Source of the DNA: a virus
Taxonomy: Duplodnaviria > Caudoviricetes
IMG/VR virus record: IMGVR_UViG_3300021400_000252
DNA: 64,000 nucleotides
Reading direction: 5' to 3' (one strand)
Notes under the pieces: generated by a model
Database searches by the model: none
What the model was told of the DNA's origin: nothing
The model's input: only the letters and a program-made list of their open reading frames with translations
Translations under genes and position numbers: made by a program
In this document: in pieces, positions 1-12,808 of the stretch
Position numbering within the stretch: the stretch's first letter is position 1
Layout: each line of letters starts with the position of its first letter

Positions 1-3000
1 GATACACCTATTTTATATTTAACATTAGAAGACGGAAGTCATATTTCTTGTGTTTTAGATCAAATTAAAGGTCCTCAAGGCGAAACAGGAGCAACTGGTC
101 CACAAGGTGAGACTGGTGCTACTGGTCCACAAGGTGAGACTGGTGCTACTGGTCCTCAAGGCGCTACTGGTCCTCAAGGAGCAACAGGTGCTACAGGTCC
201 AAGAGGTGAAAACTGGAGAATTGATTTTAAGGTAAGTTCTTATGAAGAATTATCTAAACTTTCTCCACTATTATACCAAAACGCTATTATTTTAACAACA
301 GATAGAACTGATTCTCATTATGGGGATGTTTATACTTATACTACAACTGGTTGGACATTTGTAGTTAATATGTCTTCAGCAGTTCAAGGTCCTGCTGGTG
401 CTACTGGTTTAACAGGTGCTACCGGTGATAAAGGTGATAAAGGTATTGGAATTGATAATATAACTTTAAGTGAAATTAAAGTTGACGGATCTGGAAAACA
501 ATATCAAGACTTAATTATTACATTTACAGAACCTATTGATGGTGAACTTACTAGAACATTAAAAGTATATAGTGGTCCAAAAGGCGATCAAGGTGAACCA
601 GGTGCCACTGGTTTACGTGGTGATGATGGTCTTAACGGTGTTGGTATTAGCGATATTCAATATGTCGAAGATGTAGAACACCAAGATGGAATATATCGTG
701 TATATCAAATTATTTTAACAAATAATAAAACTCAAAACATTGAATTAAAACAAGGTACTGATGGTATTGGTGTTAGTTCAATAAGTGAAATAATAAATCA
801 AGATGGTGATCATGAAGTAACAATTATATTATCTAATGATCATAAAACTACTTTCTTAGTTCATAACGGTAAAGATGGTAAAGATGGTATAAATGGTACT
901 AATGGTAGGGATGGTATCGATGGTATCACTCCACATATTGGTGAAAATGGTAATTGGTACTTCGGTCAACAGGATACCAATATTCGAGCTGAAGGAACTG
1001 ATGGTGAAACTCCACATATTGACGACGAAACAGGACATTGGTTTATCGGAACTAAAGATACAGGAGTTAGTGCTCAAGGCCCTAAAGGTGATAGTATCTT
1101 AAGAATAGAAGCAGTACAATCTGAAGATAATACTTTATTAAAATATCGTGTTATCTACGGTATAAGAGACGACTCTGGTGAAACTGTTACTGGCTCTGGA
1201 ATTTTTATGCTACCAGCTCCAGTAAGTATCTCTAAAGTTGTAGAAGATATAAATTATCAACATAACTATTCAAAAAAATATGATGGTTATTTTTCAAATA
1301 ATAAGTCACAAATTCCAGACTTCTCATTTATCGTTGAAGATGGACGTAATATTGAATTAAGAATAGGTAATGTTGATGTTAGTGAAAATGGTAATGTTGT
1401 TACTAAGAGAGTAATTCAATGAGCTGTTGTAGCTGATGATGGTGAAGTACAAACTTGGAATGATTTAGTTGCAATAGATGACTTAAAAGGTGATAAAGGT
1501 GAAACAGGAGCAACTGGTCCTCAAGGTGATTCATTCTCTGGTGTTAATGTTACAACTTTACCTGTTGGTTCTGCTTATGATGCATTAGGAATAAGACATA
1601 AATATGTTATTACTCCAAAAATTAAACATGGAGATGGAACAGAAGAACCAGCTCAAAATACGATTACTGTCAACGACGGTGCTTATTTCCTTCCATATGT
1701 TGATACAGATAAAGGAACAATCAAGTTAGCTGAAAACGGATGTAAATCATCTACAGATAAAACATTATATACATTATTTGATCTTAGAGGTCCAGGTTTA
1801 TCTTCTATTGAAGGATTAGAGCAATATACAACTCTATCTCCAGAAGAACTTGAACAAGCAGAGTCTGAAGAAGTATTATTTTATAAGAAAATAAAATTTG
1901 TTTATGATTATGTTGGTTCAGATGGACATCCAGCATATAAAGTAATTAATATTCCAACAATCAAAGGTGAAAAAGGTGCAACCGGTGCAACTGGTGAAAA
2001 AGGTGCAACCGGTGCTACAGGTGCTACTGGTCCTAGAGGTGACGCTCCTCAAGTTTATGTGACTACTCATCATCTTGCTAATTCTAAATATCCAACATTT
2101 GATGATTTAACAAATCAAGTAATTGAAACAGTAACAGCAGATAGAATGTTAAATGCATTAGTTATTAATGAATTAGGTGATTTATTCTCAGTTGTCAAGT
2201 CATTCTACAAATATAATGAGAATAATAAAACTTGGGAAATAGTTGTTACTCAAGATGAATATCAAAATAATCCAGGTAGATATTTAAACTTTATTAAGAA
2301 TTTAGTAGGTGACCGTGGTGATAGTATATTAAGTGTCGATGTTTCAGATATAAATCTTGAAACTATGACTACGACTATTACTGTTAATTATGAACATACA
2401 GATGGAAGTGGTGTTAAGAGAGAAGAATCAGTATCATTCCCAATTCAAAACGTAGTTCCTCCTACTTTTAAAGTTGATCAAGCAACAGATGCTATAGTAT
2501 ATGAATATACTGTTGGTGAAGAGACATCAGGTCCAAAAAAACTTATTTCATTAAGTGAACTTCGTGGTGCTACAGGTCCAAAAGGTAAAGATGGTAGCCA
2601 TTTAATAGAACCTACATATGTAAGTTATGATTCTAAATATGACTATGAACAAGACCCATCTAAACCATATTCAGCTGATTTAATAAATGGTGGTCTTAAA
2701 GTAAAATTTCAACAACAATCTGGTACTGAAACTCCAACAGATGTCGGTACAATTAATATTCGAAACGGTCGTAGTGTTGCAGCCGTTAGAGAAGATCGTT
2801 CATCTGATGCAACAACAGGAAAATCTTGGAGTAAAGTTAGTTTCGTAGGTAGTGATAATACTGTTATTGGTACTGCAACTATTTATGATGGTGAACCTGG
2901 TAGACCTGGTGATCCAGGTCCTACTGGTTATAGTGTTAAAAAGTTAGATCTTAATGTTGATTATAAATTAGAAGATAATAAATTTAAGACTAAATTTGTT

Positions 3001-6000
3001 ATTAATGCTAAGGTTGGTGACCCAAGTATTACTGGTTATGAACAAGATACTGATTATAGTACATCAAGTAATTTTATTTCAATGCCAGAAGTAGAAATCC
3101 AAGATGGTGCAGATATTGAAGTTGAAGGAATCAGTGCTGGTTCTATTTATTGGAGAATTATAACTCATATAGATGGTAGTGCTGATTCAGTAAGTGAATG
3201 GAAAGAATTATGTACTAAAAATGATGTACGTGGATTTAGTGTAAAGAATATTGGTAAACCAACTCAATCTAGTCCATTAGTATTTAGCTTCCCTGTTTAT
3301 AGAGAGGATGTCGATCCAAATGCACAAAAAGAAATCGGAACAATTGACTTAGACTTCTCTCCATATTTAGAATATTTAAGAGGTGTTAAAGGTGATTCAG
3401 TTGTTGGTGTAACAGCTGGTACTGCTACTTATGCAAATGGAATAACTAATACTCCTATTACATTTAAAGTTAATGTTACTAATGCTGATGGTACAACAAC
3501 TCCAAAGACTTTAGATCCAATTAATATTAGTGCTCAAGATGGTAGAAGTATTAAGAGAATTGATGCTGGTAGATTAGATGGAACTAAACAATATTTTGAT
3601 ATTATTTTCGATAGAGCAGATGAACAAGGTTCTACTACTAAGAAAGACGCTTTCTATATTGAAAGTCCAGATCAAATCGAGTTAGCATTTAGAACTATTG
3701 ATGGTCAAGAAGTATTATGTTGGAAATATAAAATGACAGATCCAAATGATCCTGAAAGCTGGCATCAAATTTGTTCAAAAGCATCTTTAAGAGGTGTAGG
3801 TATTCGTGAAATTACTACTGGTACTCCAGTTGATGACGCAAATTATACTACAACTCCATTAATTATAACTTATACAGATTCTACTGTAAACAGAGCTTTA
3901 TCAATTAAAGCTTATAGAGGAAAAGATGGTAGAGGCATCAAATCTATTGAATTAGATGATGACCAAAGTGGATTACTACCAAATCAACATGCATATAAAT
4001 TAATACTAGAAGACGACAGTGAATTAGATGAACGAATCATTGTCACTGATGGTGAAGATGGTGAAGATGGTAGAGAAATCGAATTAGGTATTAATAATGA
4101 ATATATCACTTGGAAGTATACAGATGAAGGAATATTCCGTCAATTAGTATCTCTTGAATCATTAAGAGGAGATAGTATTACAAATATTTCTGTAACTGAT
4201 ACTACTTATGATGAATCAACTCATGATTATACTTATGAAATAACTGTTCAATATTCTAGAAAAGCTGCAGATAAATTCTATATTAAGACTAGACGTGGTG
4301 AAACTGGTAATGGTATTGAATCAATAGAAAAATTAGGTTCTTCTGGATTAGTTGATACATATCAAATTAATTTCACTGACGATCAAGCTCAAAGTGTTAC
4401 ATTTGATATAACTAATGCAAAGAGTATTGTAAGTATAACACCACCACAAGTAATTGATCAAACTTCTGGTGCTGAGAATATTTATACAATTAATTTCAAT
4501 GATGGTACAAATAGACAATTCTCAATTTTTAATGGTAAGAAGGGTGAAAAAGGTTCTAGCATTATTAGCTTCAACTCAGGAACTCCAGTTGAAGAAGAAA
4601 TTGATGGAGATCTTTATACAAAAACTCCAGTAGAAGTTTATTTAAGTGATTCAGACCAACCACTTCCAATGGAAGTATTTGCTAAACGTGGTCTAGATGG
4701 ACGTGGTATTACTAGTGTTACTAAAAATACTGCTAAATCAACAAAATATAATAATGTATATGATATTAATTTCTCAGATGGTCAAATTCAACAAGAAGCT
4801 TTCGAAATTAAAGATGGAAGTGGTATTAAAAAGGTTGAATTAGTTGGTACATTTGATGATGAGTCAGGTGCAACAAATACTTATGAAATTACATATGATG
4901 ATGAAGAAAAAACACCATTCAGATTTGATGTAAAGAATGGTAAAAAAGGTGAGAAAGGTGCATCAGGCACTAAGATCACTGGATTCCAAAATATAAGTAC
5001 AACTCTTAAAGATAATAATACTACTATAGTAAATAATATTAAAGTATTATATGATGATGGTGCTTCTGGAACTCTTCAATTAGAAGCTAAAAACGGTAAA
5101 TCAATTGAGAGAATCTCTGTTAAAGAAGGTTCATCTCAAACAGATTTAACAACAACTTATGAAGCATCATTTACAGATATAAATAATCAAAAAGTTGTAG
5201 TTGGTGAATTCACAGTTAAAAATGGTCTTCCGATTGAAGTATCAGTAAGAACTGAAAATCAAAAGAAGATTTTAACTTATAATTATGCTGGAAAAACTGA
5301 ATATACAAAGATTTGTGATCTAGATGATTTAAGAGGTCGTGGAATCCAAAGTATTACAGCTACAAGCATTTCAACTGAAACTGATGGAAATAGAACATAT
5401 ACAGTTAATAATTATACTATTAATTATAATGATGGTAGTTCTACACCATTTAGTGTAAAAGCTGAAAAAGGTTCAATTGGAGCTACAGGAGCTACCGGAG
5501 CAACTGGTGCTACCGGAGCTACCGGAGCAACAGGTGCTACAGGTGTAAGTATTACAAGCGTTACACTTGATCCAACAACAGCAAATAAACGTGAAAAAGT
5601 TTATAATATTAATTACGATAGTGGTGAACCAGATCAAATAACTATTAAAGATGGTCAAAATGTTGAATTACAAAAATCAGATAATGATATGATTCAATGG
5701 AGACCAAAACCAGATACTGAAGGAATTACTACAGGTTGGAGAGATTTAATAGATGTATCTGATCTACAAGGTCCTAGAGGTTTTGATTTTATTTATCGAT
5801 GGGATGGAACTAAATTAGCTGTCGGTGATTCAAACACTGGTTTAGGTAATTATGTAGATTTACGTGGTGCAACTGGTGAAACAGGTGCTACTGGTTTAAC
5901 AGGATCTACCGGAGCTACAGGTGCTACAGGTGCTACAGGACCTGCAGGTAAACCATTTACAATTGACCATGTAATCCATATTGCAAAAGCAAATGCAGTT

Positions 6001-8373
6001 GATAAAACAATGGCTCAATTTAAACGTTATATCGAAGATTTAATTAGTGGATATGAGGATATAGATACTTACTATAGATCATATATATTAATTACTATTG
6101 ACGATGAAAACGGACAACCAGCAATAGATGTAAATCATAATGCTGAAATTTGGTATATAGATGAAAATGCAAAAGCCTTAATGGTAACAGATTTATCTGG
6201 TGCTCAAGGTATTGAAGGTCCACAAGGTGCTACAGGTGCAACTGGTTTAACTGGTGCAACCGGTGCTACCGGTGCAACAGGAGCAACCGGTTTAACCGGT
6301 GCTACAGGTGCGACTGGTGTTGGAATTAAAGATATTAGAAATCTTGGTCCAGATGCAACTTATCCAAATCAACATAAATATGAATTAATTTTCGATAATA
6401 ATACTACATATACTTACACAGTTTTAGATGGTAGTACTATTGTAGATATTTCAAAAACTAAAACAGAAGGTTTAGTAGACACATATACTATAACACTTAG
6501 TGATGGTGGAACTAAAACATTCACAGTAACTAATGGAGAAAAAGGTGACACAGGTGCTACTGGTGCAACAGGAGCAACTGGTGTAAGTGTTCAAGATATC
6601 ATTGATTATGGTATGGATGAAACAGTTGGAAATAAGCATAATTATGCATTAGAACTAACTGATGGAAATGAATTACCTTATTCTGTTCTAGATGGAACTA
6701 GTATATTAAGTATTACTAAGACAGCAAGTGATCCAGCTACTAGAATTGATACATATACAATTCAATATTCAGATAATACTACTTCAACATTTACTATTAC
6801 AAATGGTTTCGAAATAGAGTTTAGAATTTCAGGTAGTCTTTCTCAAGGAATTGATACTCGAAAATTACAATATAGAGAAGCTAAGTACGGTGTTGGTGAT
6901 GAAGAAATAGGTTGGAAAGATCTATTTAGTTTATCAACATTAAAAGGTGAAACCGGTGCTACAGGTGCTACAGGTCCACAAGGTCATAGTATTACTTCAG
7001 TTGAGTTAACAAGTACTTCTGCAGATGGATTAACTAAGACTTATACTATTAAAAATGATATTGATAATATTATTGGTACATTCAGTGTTAGTGATGGTAA
7101 AATTCCTGAATTAAGAAAAACACAAACTCACGTTCAATGGAAATATTCTAATGAAGGTGAAAATAGTTGGAATAACTTAATTCCATTAACAGATCTTAAG
7201 GGTGATCGTGGTATTGGTATTGCTAGTATAACAAAAACTAGTACTTCAGGATTAGTTGATACTTATACAATTACATTTGATGATTCTTCTACAACAACAT
7301 TTGAAGTTTCAAATGGTAAAAACCCAGAAATAACAATTGATCCAACAACTAAACATTGGATGATTGATGGTGTAGATTCTCAAATTGTTGCTGAAGGTAA
7401 AGATGGTATTGATCCACATATTGATCCAACAACTGGAAATTGGTTTATTGGAAACACTGATACTGGAACTCATGCTCAAGGTCCTCAAGGCGAAACAGGA
7501 GCAACTGGTCCTCAAGGTGATAAAGGTGAGACTGGAGATAACATTGAATTAAGAGTTGATAACGAAAAGTTACAATGGAAAGCTACTTCAGATGATACTT
7601 GGTCTGATTTAGATTATGATTTCAATGCTGATAAGATTTTATATACTTGTGCGATACCTACAACAGAAAAAGTTGGTGGTATTAAAGCAAACACAACATT
7701 TAATAAAACACCAGTTTCAGATATTTTATTTGATATGTTCCATCCATATAAACCATTTACTATTAGTTCTTACGATTTACAAACATCTTCTAATGCTAAT
7801 ATAAATACTAGCGTAGAGATTGGTACTGAACGAATTGCAAGTAAATTAAAGATTACTTGGACAAATGGTTCAAAAGCTGTAACAACCTTAAAATATAAAA
7901 TAGGAAGCGGAAGTGAAATTACTTATGACGGTGATTTAAGTAGTCAAAGTGTTACAATCAATTTTGATGAAGCAATCACATTACCAAATGATCCTTATTC
8001 ATTTACAGTTACATTAAGTGATGGTGAAACAACTCCTACTAATACTAAAACTTATTCTGTTGTGTATAATGTATATTATACAGTTATGAGCGATCCAAGC
8101 GATCTTCCAGATAAAGCTACAAACTTAAGTATTGGTAATGGAACATCAATCACAACTCAAAATAATACCTACATTGTTTACTTTGTTCCAAATGATAAGA
8201 TAGTTTCAACTATTAAAGAAAAAACTCAATTAGATGCTAGTGGTTGGGCTTCACTTGATACAACTTCTCTTGGAAGTATTTCACTTGAAAATAAAGCTGG
8301 ATATGTTTCTACTTATAAAGTATACAGAGGTCCAAAAATGACCGCAAATACTGGAACTTATAAGATAGTATAG
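1..8373 (+). CDS. Giant collagen-like repeat fibre/tail protein (>2790 aa, 5'-truncated; joins track ORFs 370..1422 and 2059..8373 through TGA=Trp at 1420)
   Basis: Frame 1 is open from base 1 to TAG 8371-8373 except for TGA 1420-1422, which sits in VIQ*AVV, matching IQWR/ITWK/VQWK/LQWK in other repeat copies; G-X-Y (GAT/GPQ) tracts alternate with repeated beta modules. Confidence 0.85.
68..200 (+). repeat. Tandem 27/18-bp collagen-coding repeats (GPQGETGAT); a 34-bp exact copy recurs at 7478-7511
   Basis: ggtccacaaggtgagactggtgctact occurs twice with variants; aaggtcctcaaggcgaaacaggagcaactggtcc at 68-101 and 7478-7511. Confidence 0.85.
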
Positions 8374-8388
8374 TAAAGGAGAATAAAT

Positions 8389-9168
8389 ATGGCAGAAGTT
8401 AAAGTAGGATTTCAACTTGGCTCAAGCTTAGCATCAAAACATTTACTTGATGCTCAATATATTAAAGGTACATACACAGTGGTTAATTCATTGGAAGAGC
8501 GTAATGCTCTTCCTATAGCCACAGTAGATAATGATGGTGTAATCCTTAAAGGTTCATTAGTTTATGTTATAAGCGAAGAAATTTTATATATTTATAATGG
8601 ATCAGAATATGAAGAACTAGAGCTTGGTGGCGGTGGTAATAGTAAATATCTTTATTTTGATAAAACAACAAATAAAGTTTATATACAAGATGAAAATGAA
8701 GAACCTGTTGAATTAAGTGAAGTTTTAAACTTAATTTCCGAAATGGAAACATTAAAAACTAATGTTCAAACTTTAGATAATAAAATTGAATCTGGTATAA
8801 CTAAGTATGAACTATTAGAAAATACTGAAACTTATACATTAAATATGGTTTATAATCATGTATATACTTGTAAAAATGCTATGACTAGTTTTAATATTAT
8901 TCTTCCAAAAGAAATGAAAACTAAAATAGGATTTTTAACAGAAGTTATTTTTAAAGGTATTATTAATCCAAATAATGTAAAAATAAATATTGTTAAAGAC
9001 GATTCAACTGGAGTTGAAGAATTTAAAAATTTAATTTATTATAATTATGGACGCATTGAGAATTCTTTAGATTTTGATGTTAATAGTAATAATACTATTG
9101 ATTTAATTTTTGGATATGATGGAATAAATTATTGTTGTTATATTACTCAATACAATAAAGACTTCTAG
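8389..9168 (+). CDS. Putative tail-associated structural protein
   Basis: AAGGAG RBS; LLDAQY..ERNALP..GSLVYV motif typical of phage fibre-adjacent proteins; gene context. Confidence 0.55.
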   Translation: MAEVKVGFQLGSSLASKHLLDAQYIKGTYTVVNSLEERNALPIATVDNDGVILKGSLVYVISEEILYIYNGSEYEELELGGGGNSKYLYFDKTTNKVYIQDENEEPVELSEVLNLISEMETLKTNVQTLDNKIESGITKYELLENTETYTLNMVYNHVYTCKNAMTSFNIILPKEMKTKIGFLTEVIFKGIINPNNVKINIVKDDSTGVEEFKNLIYYNYGRIENSLDFDVNSNNTIDLIFGYDGINYCCYITQYNKDF

Positions 9169-9177
9169 GAGACATCT

Positions 9178-10650
9178 ATGAATGCTCTTGAATTTCGATT
9201 ACTATTATATAAAAAGCAAAATTATAGTTATACATTCTTTAAATTAGGAATGTCTGAGATTTTATCTTTCGTCGAAAAACTTAGAGTTGATGTTTACGAT
9301 GAAGATAAAATTGTAAAAGTTTATTGTGCTGATCAAAACACTTTAGATACTTGTTATCAAGCTGCAATTAGTGTAGTTTCTTATCAACCAATTATTATTG
9401 ATAAAACTAATATAAAATTAGTTTCAAAAAATACTGCTGAACTTGCAACACCATATCCATCTTATATCGATGGTACAAGTAATTGTGATATAAAAACTGC
9501 AGATTTTGTTCAGATATATACTTTAGAAAAATCATTAATAAATCCATTAACAGCTCAAACTTTAAAATTTAATTTTAATTCAGGATTAAGTGCTGGTGGT
9601 GTTATTTTTCCAGAAGATTGTCAAAGTCTAACTCCTGGACTTGTTCTTGGAGCCAAAGATAAATTTACTATGACTTTAGATGATGTTGGTAATATTGCAA
9701 TGTTTTTAGTTGGAAATTTAATTAGTGATATTCAAAGTTCTAATTGTAGTATTCATATAACTGGTGTTACAACATTAAACGGAAACTTACAAATGGATAT
9801 AACTTCAATAGTATCTACAATGAATGTTGTTACACCACGTACGATTGATGCTTGTTATCTTAAAGTTGATGAAAAATTATCAGCAATAATTTCTTGGGCA
9901 AGTGCCGTAAATCCTGAAAAAATTAACGATCCAATAGACACACTTTCAGCAAAATTAATAAACTTAGAACCAATTTTAGTTACAGACGGTGGAAAAACTA
10001 ATTTTAAACCACAAACAAAAACTACTCTTTGTTTAGAAGATTTACAAAAAATTGGTACATTTATTGGAATGCAACCTGTAAGATATACGACTTATGTTAG
10101 AAGTGTTATTGAAGATGGTACTAATTTAATAAAATTATTTAAGAGTCTTATTAATAATACTGTAGTTCAAGCAACATGTTCTTTAGCTGTTATTGGACAA
10201 TTAATAATAAATATTAATCAAAAATTATTAAGTTTTAAATTGAGTTCAAATGTTTCAATTAAAGATCCGATTAAATTAACAGTAAAAGATAAAACACAAG
10301 AAGATTTACAATCTGAATTAATTATTCCAACATTAAATGTATTTTCAGGTAAAGCTATGAATGGAGATTATTTATCCATGTCTCTATTCATTCATGACAA
10401 ACGAGATTCAATTCGAGGAAATATCAATAATGATTTAGGAATATCAGCTAAAATATTTATATCAGATGAAATATATAACACTAAAACAATATTAATGAAA
10501 ACAAAGGTTAAAACTGAGATTTTAAGAGCTAGACCAATGTTTTTAAAAGATTTAGAAAATTATAAGCTAAATTATATAGATAATATGTATGATGAAATCT
10601 ATGAGACTGATTGAACATCTCTCGAAAATTTATCATACTATATATTATAA
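9178..10650 (+). CDS. Hypothetical tail-region protein (extends through TGA=Trp at 10612 to TAA 10648-10650)
   Basis: AGGAG RBS; readthrough gives C-terminus ..YETD-W-TSLENLSYYIL*. Confidence 0.6.
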
Positions 10651-10684
10651 TAAATATTATAAAAATATTAGGAGAAAAAATAAA

Positions 10685-11431
10685 ATGATTTGTCGTGCAT
10701 ATTTACAAAAACTAATGAGAACATTATTAGGAAATGGTAGTAGCAGCAGTTTTACACCTTATATCGCATTATTTAAACTTGATCCAACACTTAATTCAAG
10801 TGGATATTATGTAATGAGTGGTGAGCCTGAAACTAGTAAAGGATATCAAAGATACGTTTATTCTTATACATTTGATACTACTGTACAAGATACTATCGTT
10901 GCTTACAATACTAATACTATTTATTTTGATGAAGCAACTGCAGATTGGACAAGCGATGCAGCTTTAAAATATTTCGGTTTATGTGAAAGCAGCACAGCAT
11001 CTAATTGCTTTGCTTATGGTGAATTATTAGATGGTGATGGTAATCCAACAACTATTTTAGTTAACAAAGGACAATTACCTATTATTCGTAAGAATATGTT
11101 AAAAATCCAATTCAGTGAAAATGTAGCTCCAAAATATTCAGTTACATTAAGAGCTGGTGAAAATGAAGGAGCTGTAGAAATTTCAAGAATTGGATTATAT
11201 GCATTCCCATCTTTATCAACATTTGCAGATCCTGGTCAAGCATCTATGCGTGCTAAGATTGCTGAATTAGAAGCTGCATTACCTGAAGGTCAATATGAAG
11301 CTTGGGATGGAACTTGGATTAAGAGTGGAGATTCAAGTGAAACTCCAACAATCTATCATGCTGGTGATGCTTTAGCTGCTGATGGAGTATTCGTTCCATA
11401 CTTTGTTAAAGTACAAGCAGAACAAGAATAA
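10685..11431 (+). CDS. Putative tail-fibre-associated structural protein (start revised to ATG 10685)
   Basis: AGGAG RBS at about 10670; YIALF..EP..GY.R..I.F.EA..DW...YFG pattern seen in phage tail proteins. Confidence 0.6.
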   Translation: MICRAYLQKLMRTLLGNGSSSSFTPYIALFKLDPTLNSSGYYVMSGEPETSKGYQRYVYSYTFDTTVQDTIVAYNTNTIYFDEATADWTSDAALKYFGLCESSTASNCFAYGELLDGDGNPTTILVNKGQLPIIRKNMLKIQFSENVAPKYSVTLRAGENEGAVEISRIGLYAFPSLSTFADPGQASMRAKIAELEAALPEGQYEAWDGTWIKSGDSSETPTIYHAGDALAADGVFVPYFVKVQAEQE

Positions 11432-11440
11432 AAAAAAAAT

Positions 11441-11467
11441 AAAAGAGGTCAAATGACCTCTTTTTTT
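11441..11467. terminator. Bidirectional intrinsic terminator between the convergent structural and replication blocks
   Basis: aaaagaggtc-aaat-gacctcttttttt, flanked by A-run and T-run. Confidence 0.85.
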
Positions 11468-11468
11468 A

Positions 11469-11666
11469 TTATCTATATTTTTTATTTTTTGTATGACGCA
11501 TTAGCATATCATGCTTGAACTGAGCCATCTCTTTTGATGATCTAAAGAATTCGTGCTTCTTAACTTCATCTAGAACATAACTTCTAAGTACTTCTCTCTT
11601 AAAACGTCTTAATAACATTTCATCAGATTCACCATCACGCTTAATTACCTTAACATTTGTTGCCAT
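11469..11666 (-). CDS. rpsU: Phage-encoded ribosomal protein bS21
   Basis: 65 aa basic protein with V..RDGES.E.LLRRFKR.V....VLDEVKKHEFF, the bS21 signature. Confidence 0.85.
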   Translation of the reverse strand: MATNVKVIKRDGESDEMLLRRFKREVLRSYVLDEVKKHEFFRSSKEMAQFKHDMLMRHTKNKKYR

Positions 11667-11685
11667 TAATTAATCACCTACATTC

Positions 11686-12717
11686 CTATTTTTTATTTTC
11701 TGACTCACTAGGCAAAACCGGTAAGTCATGTTGCAACCTATATTGATTTAAGATTTTTGGATATTCTTCCAAAGTTGTAAAATTAAATTCTGACCAATTA
11801 GCTGGTCTTTCTCTTGTCCAAACACTTGCATAAGGACATAACCATTTTGATTTATTTGGTGCACTTTCATTTGTTCTACAGAATTCACACCAATGACATA
11901 ATGGTTTTGGAGCTGGTTTAAATTCTTGAGCTAATATTTTTTCAAATAATGACATTAATTTAGCAGTTCCTTTTTCGATGTAATTTTTATGTCCTGCACT
12001 AGCTAGTTCATTCGAGATTGGAAGATAATATTGACAAGAGATATCATCTGTACTTTTTTCCTTCATCTTTGCTAATGCTAACGAATAAACTACAAATTGA
12101 AGTGGAGTAGCTAATTCATCTTTATGTTTTTCGATATTAGGCCAAGATTTTATATCTTCAATTATATATTTATCAGTAGTTTTATCTCTATATAATCTAT
12201 CGATTGATCCTGTAAATGTCCAAGTATCATCAAATTTAAAATTAATCGGAACTTCTGATCCAACTATTTCTAAATTTGGATTATCTTTTAGATATTTTTC
12301 TAAATAAAACATATTTTTATGAATATAATCTTGATATTTTGTTTCATAGTCTTTACCTGAATAATCATCTTTAGTTATCCAATCATTTGAATATCTCTTC
12401 TTTACTTTTATACAATCAATCATGAACTTATTTTTTATTTTTATATAATTAATTGGTTCATTTTTTATTATATAATTTCCAATTGATTCTTCTGCTTTAT
12501 GAATTGCTGTACCAAACTCTGTTGCAATACTTCCACTGTATACAAAGTTCTTGTCTAAATACTTTAATTTAAATTTAAATCCACAGCTTTTAAAACAATC
12601 AATTTTTGAATAAGACCACTTAGACTCAAGTAATTTATCAATAAACTTTTCATATTCAGTTTTTTCGACTACTTCTTCGACTTTTTCTTCGTTCGGACTA
12701 TTATTTTGTGTTTCCAC
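11686..12717 (-). CDS. PD-(D/E)XK RecB/AddB/Cas4-like exonuclease with probable Fe-S cysteines
   Basis: WSYSKI..F..C, G.AIH, GSIDR, IEDIKS, Q...Y, C-terminal CHWCEFC...CP; GTG start with GAGGTG RBS. Confidence 0.85.
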   Translation of the reverse strand: METQNNSPNEEKVEEVVEKTEYEKFIDKLLESKWSYSKIDCFKSCGFKFKLKYLDKNFVYSGSIATEFGTAIHKAEESIGNYIIKNEPINYIKIKNKFMIDCIKVKKRYSNDWITKDDYSGKDYETKYQDYIHKNMFYLEKYLKDNPNLEIVGSEVPINFKFDDTWTFTGSIDRLYRDKTTDKYIIEDIKSWPNIEKHKDELATPLQFVVYSLALAKMKEKSTDDISCQYYLPISNELASAGHKNYIEKGTAKLMSLFEKILAQEFKPAPKPLCHWCEFCRTNESAPNKSKWLCPYASVWTRERPANWSEFNFTTLEEYPKILNQYRLQHDLPVLPSESENKK

Positions 12718-12808
12718 TGAATCACCTCGTATAAAATTTAATATAAAATAACGTTTCTAGGAACGTTTTTTAGATTTGATTGGTTTTCTATCAGGTCTAA
12801 AATAAAAC

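Noticed and set aside
1420-1422. TGA as Gly (code 25) or selenocysteine
   Set aside because: The aligned position in internal repeats is Trp; other sites are aromatic or hydrophobic contexts (PY*E, IV*AE, K*GISSRG), not Gly or catalytic Cys positions
68-7530. Repeats as a CRISPR array or a DGR template/variable pair
   Set aside because: They are in-frame collagen codon repeats without unique spacers; no adenine-specific mismatch pair or reverse transcriptase seen
11686-12717. Cas4 as part of a CRISPR-Cas locus
   Set aside because: No other cas genes or array; stand-alone Cas4/RecB-like nucleases are common in phage replication modules
12740-12808. Imperfect hairpins between holA and the exonuclease gene as a structured RNA
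   Set aside because: Stem is imperfect and AT-rich with no second copy; cannot be distinguished from a weak terminator or chance
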